Source: Chara braunii (taxonomy: Eukaryota > Plantae > Charophyceae). Taken from it: 64,000 nucleotides of DNA. The notes under the pieces are model-generated. The model was not told where the DNA came from. It saw nothing but the letters and a program-made list of their open reading frames with translations, and searched no databases. Shown here in pieces: positions 23,627 to 36,369 of the stretch. The translations under genes and the position numbers were made by a program. The stretch spans positions 6,407,841 to 6,471,840 of the forward strand of contig BFEA01000007.1 in NCBI GenBank assembly GCA_003427395.1, in the 5' to 3' direction. Positions within the stretch are counted from its first letter, which is position 1; each line of letters starts with the position of its first letter.

Positions 23627-25826
23627 TGTCACGTAGGCACTAGCCCACCCATCCGTTCAACCATAGACAAGAACATGGGGCTCGTTTTCGTCTTCACTCT
23701 TCGTCACCGTCAGACCTTTGTCGTTCCCGGTTTGACACAATTTGGTTGGATTAGGCTCCTATGGGATGAAAAATCTCATGCCCCTCTACCCATGGGTTCC
23801 CTAACCTCTCTTGAGTCTCTTACCACCAGGTTATCCGACTGAAAACCAACACCTGATTTATACAAAGTGTTCAAAATAGTCTTTTTCCCACGATACAACT
23901 TTGTCTTTCACAGGTTCCCTCGAGACAATTGCCCCAGCCGGGCCTCATACTAATGTCTTTTGGCAACCCTATCTCTTGACCATCTCAAGGCAGCTTATAT
24001 AGGAAGTCGTTCATGAATCATCCATTACTAGTCCGTTGTGTCTTTAGCTAACTTAATCCAGCCGTACCCAACCAATCTTATTCTTATTCATTGCCTGCTA
24101 TAATCACAACCGCTATTTGCAATAAGGCTCGTGCACATTTTCCCTTGTCTATTTTCCTTCGCTTCCACTGACCCCTCATAGCTTGGCTTCTTGACGTGCT
24201 TCTAACCAAAGTTGCTCATCACAACCCAGGCTATAGGTCCTGATCTCTTTATTTTTCCTTACGAGCCTCTCTAGCCCTTCCTCGCCGAAGAAGCACAAAG
24301 GTGTGACCAACTCCCCCCTCCTCATTATTTGCCGAGCCTTAATGATCCAAGAATATCTTACTACACTGGCCCATTGGTTAAACCAGTCACTACATGTTGA
24401 CCCAAATTCCTTTTCCCATTTTGAGGTCCCGTCTTTCGACTCGTCTGGTGTCGACTATCCTTCCTCTATAGGTCTAATTATCTCATTCTCCTCTCCCATA
24501 CTGCATTGTCAATAATATAGCGGGGTTCTTCGTTGACCTAATTTTCTTCCTTCTGTATAGGGTTATACTCCCTCTTATGGCCTTCTGATTCCCGATAGTG
24601 CGGCCGACTAGAGTCCCCGCCATATTGCTCGTCATATCCCTCGTAGCGTACTGTGTTCTTACCAGAGAGTCTTTGCCCCCAATCCTCATCCCTTCCTTCT
24701 CTCTTTTCTAAACTTGTTCCCCCCCTATCACTCTCATTTTTCGACGAGATATCGATTTTCTCGCCCTCCTTGAGGGGAGAGGGCCAACTACAGACAACTT
24801 TCTTTTTCTTCTGATGAAATGTAGGCACGAGTTTGAGACCTATGAACAATTTTCTTTTTTTCTTCCCCGGTTGTCCTTCCAGTTTTTGCTCCCCCCCCGA
24901 CTTGGTAAGTCGATCCAGTTGTCGTCATTCTCAATGTTGAATTCGTCTTGGCTCAATTTTTTTCGTATCCTGCAATCATAAAAAAAAATAAAATACACAA
25001 CACGCCCTCGCAAAACCCCCGTTTAAAAATAAGGAAAGAAAAAAAACAGTATCCCTTACAACACCCCAATTCCCCACCCTCACGAATCCACCACTTACGC
25101 AGTCCCCTTCACACAATACCATATGCTACATCGTCCTACGACATATTTGTCGCTGAAATGTCAAACTCTTAGTTTCCCCACAAAAAAATTATAGTACATT
25201 ACCCCAAACGCTGTCATCCCTCGCCATCCCGCTTGCACAATCGTCCCCAACACAGACGTAATCACCCCGAAACAAAAAGAGAATAAAACGCAACATAGAT
25301 AAAATTCTTGCCACTGCTCAGCTTGCTGGCTCCCCAGTTTCCTCGTCCTGAGTTTTTTGCAACCACTGTTCCACTAGGTCCCGACCTGGAAACCTGACCA
25401 GCTATGTCCCGGATAGGGAATCTCAATCCAATTCTATCCAGTTCGAAGGTGTTCAATCCCACACGCTTAGCCACCCGATAGGGACCCTTGAATCTCCTTC
25501 CCAACTATCCTGACCAAGTGCTTTCTTGTGCCAAATTTATGACCAGTCTCTCCCACTTGGAGTGACTCTTTCCTGATGTTCTCGATTTGATCCCAACTTG
25601 CCTTATCCTTCATCCTGCTATCAAGGACTCGGTTCACAATTTCTTCCATTGCTTTCTCGTTACTAAGGACCTGCTGGCATCGAGCCTCAATTAACTATTA
25701 TGTTGTTAAGTGTGGATTATCCTCCAACTTGTCCCAAGTAGGTACCGAGGCTTTCACCGGGAAATCAATATCCCTTCCGTACCAAAGCTACTAGGATACA
25801 CCCTGCGATATTTTTCGGCGTCACGT
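23627..25826 (-). mobile_element. 3' part of a Ty3/gypsy element: 3' LTR (23627-24308), PPT, ~0.9-kb 3' region and integrase C-terminus
   Basis: TGTCAC...GTGAC termini; PPT GAGGAGGGGGGAG on minus (24311-24323); GPY/F motif RRFKGPYRVAKRVGLNTFELD (~25440-25504); truncated at 25826 by element X. Confidence 0.8.
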
Positions 25827-27127
25827 TGTAGGGCCCCACCCTGTTAGACGTTCGAGCCTGAGCCGACTTTTCTGCAGGTCCCACTTGGCTCGGCTCCGCC
25901 TACACTCATGCTCAGGGTGCGGAGCCATTCGTCACAGTGTTACCCCCACCTAGTGCTTTGAGATAGATGGGGGTGGGCCAAAGAGCGAGAAAGTTTTGAC
26001 ATTGGGGGATGTAGCTCAACTTTCTCGCTAGGTAGACAACTTTACTTTTTTCTTGCAAGCGTCCTTTGCGTAATGCTTTGTCGTGTTCTCATGCAATTGC
26101 TCCTTCCAATACTCAAGCAGTTCATGTGTGTCAAGCGTCCTCCTTGGGCCACACATCCCTTCATTAAGTGCAGGGTCTTAGAGGCTTTGTCAAGGTAGAG
26201 GGCCGCCCCTTAGCTTTGCTCTTTGAACCAAGTCACAATGCCCCTTACGCATCCTTAAGGCTTCACCTGTTTTGTTCTTTAGGCAACCAACGTGTGGCTT
26301 TTGCAATCCCATACATCATTCATATCTCTTTTCATCCTGCCTTGATGCTTGCCTATACACCCCTTAATCTTTTCGGGGCCCTGCCCACATGATCAAGTGC
26401 CTTGGCGGCCGCTTCGACCGCCTGATAACTTTGCAAACCTCAACCGTACAGACCACCTCTTTTCTTCGCATTTGGGACCATATGCACACAATAATCATTC
26501 ATGGGGGAAGGTTACGTTCACAACCTGTTTGGCTTTTGTCCCCCTTTTTTTTGTCGCCCGACCTATCCAGACACGATCCAACTCAATGCATCTTTAAAGA
26601 CTACTTACCTACACAATCAATACTGGCCCGACAAATACAACCCCCGTTTGGGGTTAATATATAATCCCTCCCGTATGCCTAATTTTCCTTTGTCCTTTGG
26701 TTCCTTCCTTGTCCACTTCCTTCTATTGTCCAAGCTATCCTCTTCTGTTAGTCATGGACTCAGGGTGTTGGTTGAATCGACTGTCCTCTCTTTTACTTAG
26801 CAATTATCTCGAACCCAAGCCTCAAGTCCTTTGTGTTTCTCAAATCTTTTTCTTCCAACCCTCAAGCACTTTTCCTTCTTGGTGACGCAAGGGACCGACA
26901 CCCCTCCCCTTGCCGTCTCTTTCTACCAAGTGAGGCCAAAATTATTTCACCGTTCCTTTTTCCTTGCATTGTGACAAGTAAGGGCGGGGTTAGTCGCATG
27001 CCAAAAGAGAGAGAGGGAGGGGGGTGGAGATTAAACTTAGAATATAGGAGGGGTACAAGATGGAGAGTTTGTAAACGAGGGAGAGTGAAAACAAGACGAG
27101 GAGAAAAAACGAGAGCGCGCGCGCGTG

Positions 27128-27204
<77 letters not shown>

Positions 27205-30200
27205 CCTTAAACCTAATCAAAGGTTACCCTCTATCCATCCTACCGTCCTACCGAAGACCCCTTTTCCTGATTTCCTGCCTTATGTACCCTTGGTCATGAC
27301 ATTGGCTGTTGAAGAAGGTGGAGGAGGAAGGAATGAAGTTAGGCGGATATGGCAGATGGTTGTGGAAGGTGGAGGAGGAGGAAGGGGTGAAGGTGGTTGA
27401 CTATGGTGGATGGGTGAAGGAGGTGGTGGACGAACAAGGTGTGAAGGTTTTTGGTTATGGTGGATGAATAAAGAAGGTGGAGGAGGAAGGAGGAGTGAAG
27501 GTGTTTGGCTATGGTGGATGAGCGAAGGAGGTGGAAGAAGAAGGAGTGAAGATGGTTGGCTCTGGTGGATGGATGAAGGAGGTGGAGGAAGAAGGTGTGA
27601 GTGTGCTTGGTTATGGCAGACGGGTGAAGGAGGCGGTGGAGAAAGAAGGTATGAAGGTGCTTGGCTATGGTGGACGAGTGAAGGAGGTGGAGGAGGAAGG
27701 AGGTGTGGATGTGCTTGGCTATCGTGGATGAGTGAAGGAGGTGGTGGAGGAGGAAGGTGTGAAGCTATGGTAGATGGGTGGAGGAGGTGGAGGAGGAAGA
27801 AGGTGTGAAGGTTCTTGGCTATGATGGATCGGTGAAGGAGGCGGTGGAGGAAGGTGTGAAGGTGTTTGGCTATGGTGGATGGGTGAAGGAGGTGGTGGAG
27901 GAAGAAGGTGTGAAGGTGCTTGGCTATGGTGGGTGGGTGAAGTTGGTGGTGGAGGAAGAAGGTGTGAAGGCACTTGACTTTGGTAGATGGGTGAAGGAGG
28001 TGGAGGAGGAAGAAGGTGTGAAGGTGCTTGGGTATGGGGGATGGGTGAAGAAGGTGGTGGAGGAAGAAGGTGTGAAGGTGCTTGGTTATGGTGGATGGGT
28101 GAAGGAGGTGGTGGAGGAAGAAGGTGTGAAGGCGGTTGGCTGTGGTGGATGAGAGAAGCAATGGTAGAGGAAGAAAGTGTGAAGGTGCTTGACTATGATG
28201 GATGGGTGAAGGAGGTGGATGAGAAAGAAGGAGTGAATGTGGTTGGCTATTGTGGAGGGAAAAGGTGTGGAGGCGCTTTGCTATGGTGGATGAGAGAAGC
28301 AAGTGGTGGAGGAAGAAGGTGTGAAGGTGCTTGACTATGGTGGATGGGTGAAGGAGGTGGATGAGAAAGAAGGAGTGAATGTGGTTGACTATTATGGATG
28401 GTTGAAGAAGGTGGAGGAAGGAGTGAAGGCGGTTAGCTATTGGGGATGGGTGAATGAGATGGAAGAGGAAGAAGGGGTGAAGGTGCTTGGCTATGGTGGA
28501 TGAGTGAAGGAGGTGGTGGAGGAAGAAGGTGTGAAGGTGCTTGGCTATGGTGGATGGGTGACGGAGGTGGAGGAGGGACAAGGTGTGAAGGTGCTTTGCT
28601 ATGGTGGATGGGTGACAGAGGTGGAGGAGGGAGAAGGTGTGGAGGTGATTAACTATGGTGGATGGGTGAAGGAGGTGGTGGAGGAAGAAGGTGTGAAGGT
28701 GCTTGGCTATGGTCGATGGGTGAAGGAAGTGGAGGAGAAAGAAAGAGTGAAGGTGGTTGGCTATGGCGGATGGTTGAAGAAGGTGGAGGAGAAGAAGGAG
28801 TGAAGGTGGTTGCCTATGGGGGATGGGTGAAAGAGATGGAGGAAGGAGGGGTGAAGGTGCTCGACTATCATGGATGGGTGAAGGAGGTGAAGGAGAGAGA
28901 AAGTGTGGAGGTGCTTGACTATGGTGGATGGGTGAAGGAAGTGGAGGAGAAAGGAGTGGAGGTGCTTGTCTATGGTGGATGGGTGAAGGAGGTGGTGGAG
29001 GAAGAAGGTGTGACGGTGCTTGGCTATGGTGTACGGGTGAAAGAGGTGGTGGAGGAAGGTGTGAAGGTGCTTGACTATGATGAATGGGTGACGGAGGTGG
29101 AGGAGGGAAAAGGTGTGGAGGTGCTTGGCTATGGTGGAGAGGTGAAGGAGGTGGAAAAGAAAGAAGGAGTGGAGGTGCTTGTCTATGGTGGATGGGTGAA
29201 GGAGGTGGTGGAGGAAGAAGGTGTGAAGGTGCTTGGGTATGGTGGATGGGTGAAGGAGGTGGTGGAGAAACAAGTTGTGAAGGTGCTTGACTATGGTAGA
29301 TGGGTGGAGGAGGTGGTGGAGGAAGAAGGTGTGAAGGTGCTTGGCTATGGTGGATGGGTGACGGTGGTGGAGGAGGGAGAAGGTGAAGAGGCGCTTTGCT
29401 ATGGTGGATGGGGGAAGCAGGTGGTGAAGGAAGAAGTTGTGAAGGTGCTTGGCTATGGTGGATGGGTGAAGGAGGTGGATGAGAAAGAAGGAGTGAATGT
29501 GGTTGTCTATTGTGGATTGTTGAAGAAGTGGAGGAAGAAGGAGTGAAGGCGGTTAGCTATGGGGGATGGGCGAAAGAGATTGAAGAGGAAGAAGGGGTGA
29601 AGGTGCTTGGCTATGGTGGATGGGTGAAAGAGGTGGTGGATGAAGAAGGTGTGAAGGTGCTCCGCTATGGTGGATGGGTAACGGAGGAGGAGAAGGGAGA
29701 AGGTGTGAAGGTGTTTGGCTAGGGTGGATGGGTGAAGGAGGTGGTGGATGAAGACGGTGTGAAGGTGGTTGGCTATGGTGGATGGGTGAAGGAGGTGGAG
29801 GAGAAAGAAGGAGCGAAGGTGGTTGGCTATGGTGGATGATTGAAGAAGGTGGAGGAGAAGGAGGAGTAAGGTGGTTGGCTATGGTGGATGGGTGAAAGAG
29901 ATGGAGGAGGAAGGAGGGATGAAGGTGCTTTGCTATGCTGGATGGGTGAAGGAGGTGAAGGAGAAAGAAAGTGTGGAGGTGCTTAACTATGGTTGATGGG
30001 TGAAGGAGGTGGAAAAAATAGGAGTGGAGGTGCTTGTCTATGGTGGATGGGTGAAGAAGGTGGTGGAGGAAGAAGCTGTGAAGGTGCTTGGTTATGGTGG
30101 ACGGGGGAAGGAGGTGGAGGAGAAAGGAGTGAAAGTGGTTGGCTATGGTGGATGGTGAAGAAGGTGAAGGAGAAGAAGGAGTGAAGGTTGGTGACTTTGG

Positions 30201-30627
30201 GGGATGGGTGAAAGAGATAGAGAAGGAAGGAGGGGTGAAGACGTTTGGCTATGGTGGATGGGTGAAGGAGGTGAAGGGGGGAGAAAGTGTGGAGGTGTTT
30301 GTCTATTGTGGATGAATGAAGGAGGTGGAGGAGAAAAAAGGAGTGGAGGTGTTTGGCTGTGGTGGATGGGTGAAGGAGGTGGTGGAGGAAGACGGTGTGA
30401 AGGTGCTTGGCTATGGTGGATTGGTGAAGGGAGGTGGAGGAGAAAGAAAGAGTGAAGGTGGTTGAGTATGGTGGATGGTATGGGGGATGGCTGAAACAAA
30501 TGGTGGAGCACAAAGGGGTGAAGGCGCTTGGCTATGGTGGAAGGAGGTGAAGGAGGGAGAATATGTGGAGGTGCTTGGCTATGGTGGATTGGTGAAGGAG
30601 GTGGTGGAGGAAAGAGTGAAGGTGATA
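25827..30627. mobile_element. Element X copy 2 (175-bp terminal repeat 25827-26001, tRNA-Ala-like 15-mer 26005-26019, internal region, (GA)n, expanded 54-bp satellite)
   Basis: Collinear with 18038-19630; interrupts a gypsy integrase; right end not determined. Confidence 0.7.
27295..30627. repeat. G/A-rich 54-bp minisatellite, about 60 diverged copies
   Basis: Consensus GGTGTGAAGGTGCTTGGCTATGGTGGATGGGTGAAGGAGGTGGTGGAGGAAGAA. Confidence 0.97.
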
Positions 30628-31559
30628 TTGGGCTTCAAGTCTTGTCCTACTTGGGTCCACCAACGTCGGAATCATCAGAACACTCAGACTTGCGAAATTC
30701 AAACTTGCAATATACATTCAAATTTTGCAAGACTCATATTTGCAAAAATAACTCAGACCATGAAAAACTTTGATTTCTCACATTTCCAATTTCGCTGATT
30801 TTGCTAGGGGAGGGAGAGCCGAAAAACTCAGATTTGTATTTGCAGGCCTAAATGGTGTCAGATGACTTCGTAAGTTTATAGACCCGTTTTGTATACCCTA
30901 CCTACGACCCCCCTAAAGTTTGGTTGATTCCTTCACCCTGACCCTACTTTCCCGTTCGAGCATCGCCCGAGTCCCTAAGTGAACAGTTCGGGGAAGTCCA
31001 TTTTCTGTTTTTGTTGGAAAATGATTTCAAATGGCCTGGGGTTTTGCAGTCCATCTACCTACACTTAGGATATGGGGCCTGTCAAGTCTCAGACCCCATA
31101 TCCCTTGTTTTGGTGGAGTTGGTTTTCGGCATCCCAGGGTTGTGCCGGCCCGTTGTTTTTTTTGGACCGGTCCTTGCCCCCGTGTCCGGTCAACGACTCT
31201 AAGCAACAGTGGCAGCCAAGAGTTTGGTCAGACATCATCAACAATAGCAGTAGTTCCACAATCATCATCATTATCACAAGAGGCGGCTACAATCCCCTAT
31301 TCTACTCCCCCCTATACCACGTTCAAATATAGCACGGGGTAGGTTGAAGAGGTGTTCAAATAAAGCACAGGGGGGGATGAAGCGGTATTGAAATAGAGTA
31401 AAAACTGTTACAAACGCACAGTCCTACTATGCATATTCAACTGCTGGGAGACATCTGTAATGAAGCAAAACAATGTCTGGTGGATAACTTGACAAGATGC
31501 ATGAGTTACAATAGTCAAACGTTCACACATGGTCAGTACAGTCAAAGATTAAAGTGACG

Positions 31560-32896
31560 ATTTTTCAACCAAGTGAGGAAGCGGGTAAAACACGAAGAAA
31601 AAAAACTCACAACACTAGAACGACTAAAGGTACAGGTTGCGATTTACAGCCAAATGAAGAATTGGCCAAAAGATAGAGGGAGAGTGACGGAGCTTGAAAA
31701 CACAAAGTACAACTGATGAATTACAATGAAGTGGGAAAATGAACAAGCATGAGTAGATGCCGACTGTAACACTAGAACGAGCAAAGACAAATGTAGCGAT
31801 TTACAACCAAGTGAAGAAATGACCAAACGATGGAAGGAGAGTGAGTCAAACTCTCTACCAAGCTTGAAAACATAAAGTACAAAGAAGCGAATTACAGTGA
31901 AGTGGGAAAATGAACAAAGCATGAGTAAATGATGACTATAACACTAAAATAAGCAAGGACAAAATTAACGATTTACATCCAGGTGAAGGATTGGCCAAGA
32001 GAGGGAGGGAGAGTGAGTTTGAAAACACACAGTACAAAGTGGCGATTTACAATGGAGTAAGAAAATGGACAAAGCATGAGTACATGATGACTACAACACT
32101 AAAATAAACAAGGACAAGAGTAACAATTTACATCCAAGTGAATAATTGACCAACAGAGGGAGGAAAAATGAGTGAAACGCACTCCCAAGCTTGAAAAGAC
32201 GAAGTACAAAGTGACGATTTACAATGGAGTGAGGAAATTGACAAAACATGAGTAGATGATGACTACAACACTAGAATATGCAATGACAAACATAGCGATT
32301 TACATCCAATTGAAGAATTTGTCAAAAGAGAGAGGAAGAGTGAGTGAAACTTACTCCCAAGCTTGCAAAGTGACGATTTACAATGGAGTGAGGAAGTTGA
32401 CAAAACATGAGTAGATGGTGACTACAACATTAGAATAAGCAAGGACAAGAGTAACGATTGACATCCAATTGAATAATTGGTCAAAAAAGGGAGGGCTCAA
32501 GCTTGAAAACACAAAGTACAAAGTGACGATTAACAATGAAGTGACGAAATGGACAATGCATAAGTAGATGATGACGGTAACACTAGAGTAAGCAATGATA
32601 AAAATAGTGATTGATATCTAAGTGATGAATCGACCAAAAGAGAGAGGGAGAGTGAGTGAAACTCACTCCCAAGTTTGAAAACATAAATGACAACGTGACG
32701 ATTTACAATGGAGTGAGGAAATTGACAAAGCATGAGTAGATGATGACTACAACACTAGAATAAGCAAAGACAAAGTTAACGATTTACATCCAAGTAAAAA
32801 ACTGATCAAAAGAGGGAGGGAAAGTGAGTGAAACTTACTCCATAACTTGAAAACACAAAGTACAAAGTGACGATTTACAATGGAGTGAGGAAATGA
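31560..32896. repeat. ~170-bp A-rich tandem repeat, about 8 copies
   Basis: AAGCTTGAAAACAC-like anchor at ~31691, 31861, 32020, 32188, 32360, 32499, 32671 and 32845. Confidence 0.92.
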
Positions 32897-34384
32897 TCAA
32901 TATGGAGACAACCGGTAGTGGAGAAGCTAGTTCCTACTTTCCCTATGCTTAGTATGTTATTCATGGAAAAAAAAAGAGGAGGAGAGAAGATAAAAAAAGA
33001 AAAAAATGAAGGGCGAGTGAAAACGAATGCAGAAGAATTGGAAGAAGAAAGAAGAATACAACATGATGAAAAAAAAGAGGAGGAAGAAGAAGAAAGTATG
33101 ACAAATAGATGAAAAAAAAAAAAGAAAAAAAAAAGGACAACGACGAAGAAGAAGAATGTAATGAAGAAATGAAGCACCTTCTCATTTTTTTTCACTCACC
33201 TCCTCTAGTGTCTTGTAGTTGAGATGCCGATCTTGATGAAACTTCCCTTCTCTCTGCACTTTTGTTGCCTAACTATGACTTCTTTTTTCTTCAAGTCTTC
33301 ATCCTTCTGCCTTCCCAGCCTCTTCCTGACTATGGCAAACCCGTATCACTAAGGCTATGAAGTTCTTCCCTCTAGGAGGGCTAAGGGGATCCCTACCAGT
33401 CTTTTTTTCTTCCACACAGCCTGAGGGCTATGGCGGATCACTCCCCTAGGCTGGCACTACCACTTCTAGCCTCAACAGTTCTCCTTGCTCGCCTAGTGTC
33501 TTCTCCAAGCTCCCAAACTAATAGCGGTTTCCCTCCTCTCACTCAAGTTGAGTGTGGAGCTCCCTTGGGCTCATACGGGGAACATGTACTTGACTCATGC
33601 AAATGTGACTGTGACGGGTTGGTCCCCTATCTTAAATAGGTTGGGCACAATGGTCCGGCCAACCCATGAGCCTCTTCATGTGCCGCATGGTGAATCGAGG
33701 TACCCCCAAGACTTTGTTTCACTAGTAGGCCTTTCCGGGAGTACTTGAGTCGTTTTTTGGTCAAGTACATGTAGTCCAAATGGTTGTTACCAACTCGGAC
33801 TGCCGTTAAGGCCTCCATATGCATCATTTTCATTTTTAGATGCTACCCCTTGGGGGTCCGATATTCAAGGGGCAACCCTACGCGAAAGAAAAATGCCTTG
33901 TGACTTTTTTTCTCGATTTCCCTTGTCATATCCCAATTTGAGTAGGCCCAGGCATTTCCTTATGCCATGGTACACTTTTAGCCTTGAATCTGGCTATGAT
34001 CCAAGATCAACATTAATCCGAGTCACCCCCAAGTGACCCTTGCTTCAAATTTGAGCCTTATGACCCCCCTTTTTAATTTATGGTACATCTGACCTCAATT
34101 TTTGACCAAATGCATTGTTCTATTTTTTTCGTTCTTTTGTTTCATTCCATTTTGGACTGCCAACTCATTCCGGAGTTGGCCATTTGTGTTGGCCTCACAA
34201 AAAACGACCATATCACCTCCTCCACGGATCTCAATCTCAGATCCATGACCCAAAATAAAACTGGTCGATTTTTTTTTGTTTTTTATTTCATATTTGTCTT
34301 TTAAATAAGATATTGTCGAGATAATGCAACAAGGACCTTATTTCTTCACTTTGGATTTGCCTCCATTAAATTCGAAGTGATGAG

Positions 34385-36125
34385 GTCACAGTAGGGGTCT
34401 GCCAGTCCCTACGGTGCCAGTCCCAACTAGCCGACTCATTTTCCTTTACCTCTTTCTCCCCCTTTGTCCTATTCTCTCTCCTTTTCTCTCCTTGTTCTTT
34501 TCTTTTCTTTATTTTTGACATGACAAGTGCCAAGCAGCTGTTGAGGTTTTTTCTGGGCCATGGATCTTAGTCTAGATCCAAATCTAGATCAAGTTGTTGA
34601 CCGTTGTATCTCGGATCACAATAATGAAAATCCCCTACGCTCATAAGGGGCTTCATTTTGTCTCCATTAGTCTCAATTTCTGACACCCCTTACTCCGATT
34701 TTTCCTTGAAAACGTATTTTCTACATAGAGCCTCTTGGGGCTTCATTTTCTCATGCCTTGCTAGTCTGAGATATCTCGGACTGCAAGGTAGACTTCCCAT
34801 CATCATTTCTTTTCCCCTATGCCTCCGAACTTCTTCTACCTTGTTCCCACTTGTGTTTCCACTGACGTTTGCAAATATTTTCCACCATCTATATCTTAAT
34901 ATCGACGGTGTCACTTGCTTTGCGTGTCCATCCTTCAAATAGGGCCCCCTGTTCCCTTGGGACAACTCAAGTCCCGACCACTCTCCCCATACTAGCTTCA
35001 CTTTTTAGTCCTGCCGGTAGTCCCATCGACACCTGTCTCAAATTTCAATTGTTTTTATTTCGGTCCGTCTAGTCTCCAACATCGGTCTCGATGATGTGTA
35101 TTTTTTTTTTATTTGGGACTCCCTAGTCCCTGACAATCCAATTTTTCCTTTCTATGTGTCTCAAGCGTGTCGATTATTTCCGGTCGCGAGATCCTTATCT
35201 CACGGTTGCCATTTACCGTCTCCACTTGCTCCATGCTTGAGACACTTCTTTTTGGTATCTTGAGTATGATAAGGCTCATTTTCCCTTGGGCTTGGCATCC
35301 ACATGCAGTCCATTACTTCTCGGAGTGCAGTAGTGACTATTTTCCTAGTCTCATTGCCCCACAACTTGTCCCAAACTGAAACAAAGTAAAGCGGTCCATT
35401 TCCAAGTGCATTGAAGCTCAATATAGGTCTTGGATGTACTTGAAATTATTATTTTTTCCCCTATTGTAATCCGTTGTATCTCGGTTGTATGAAGCCTTGA
35501 TTTTCTTTGATTTTCTTAGAAAAATCTAAAGAAAATCAACATACTTTGTGACCGATTCACCCTCGGATGAATCCGGTCACAAACGTATTTCCCAAGTGAC
35601 CGTTTTTTACCGTTAGTGGTGATTTTTTTTTCCCCCCCCCCCACAAGATTCAGAAAGTAAGGACTTGTAAGTCCCTACTGTGCCAGTCTCTACTGACGAC
35701 CAACTCACTCTCACCTTCTCCTACTATTTTGTCTCACTCTCCCTCTCTTTTCTCTACTTGTTCTTTTTTTTTTTTTTTTTTTTTTTTACATGAACTTGCT
35801 GTTAAGACTTTTTGTATGCCCTACGTCTTAATCTAGACCTAGATCATGCCAAGGGGGAAATCCGTTACTTCTTGAACTGCAATTATGACACCCCCTTACT
35901 CACGGGAGCGCCATTTTGCCGCCGTTCACTTGAAAATATGACCCCTTCTGCTCCGATGTTTCCTTGGTAGCTTATTTTTTATATGAAGCTCCTCAAGGCT
36001 TCAATTTCTCTAGGGTACGCAGTCTGGGATATCTCGAACTGCAATTCATACCCACCTTCCGTATTGCTTTCCTCTTTTATCTTTTAAAACCCTCACTCTT
36101 GATCCCACTAGTGTGTGCACTAGTG
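34385..36125. repeat. Diverged ~460-bp direct repeats (34385-34855, 35655-36113) flanking two hairpins; possibly the terminal region of a CACTA element
   Basis: Shared AGTCCCTAC.GTGCCAGTC, CTCCGAT.TTTCCTTG and AGTCTG.GATATCTCG.ACTGCAA blocks; CACTAGTG at 36106 and 36118; TTTGTGACCG/CGGTCACAAA inverted motifs at 35545-35583. Confidence 0.5.
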
Positions 36126-36369
36126 GTGATAATATTTTCACTCGGGGTTAATGACCACCGAAAATGTTGCGGAATGAGTCATTGAAGCTTGCATCAAATT
36201 TTGTGTAACCCTCCTTGAAGAATAACACTCGTTCCTCAATGAAAGTTGTTTTGAGTGTTCCCTTTCGTTAAGGAAGTATGGTTAATCTTTACACACTGTT
36301 GTTGTTGGTATCTCTTTTTGTTGACGAATGTGAGATTTGTTATTTTTAATGTTGTGGTGAAATATTATT

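Noticed and set aside
18038-26001. 18038 and 25827 as the two LTRs of one element
   Set aside because: Homology extends more than 1.3 kb beyond both in the same direction, divergence is high, there is no TSD, and each interrupts a different pol domain
27280-30513. His-rich 433-aa and GYGGW-repeat ORFs as real genes
   Set aside because: They arise from a 54-bp satellite; frames break repeatedly and there is no unique N- or C-terminal domain
33200-33840. Possible host exon(s) near a minus-strand GTGAGT donor at ~33198
   Set aside because: No recognisable protein and no consistent open frame
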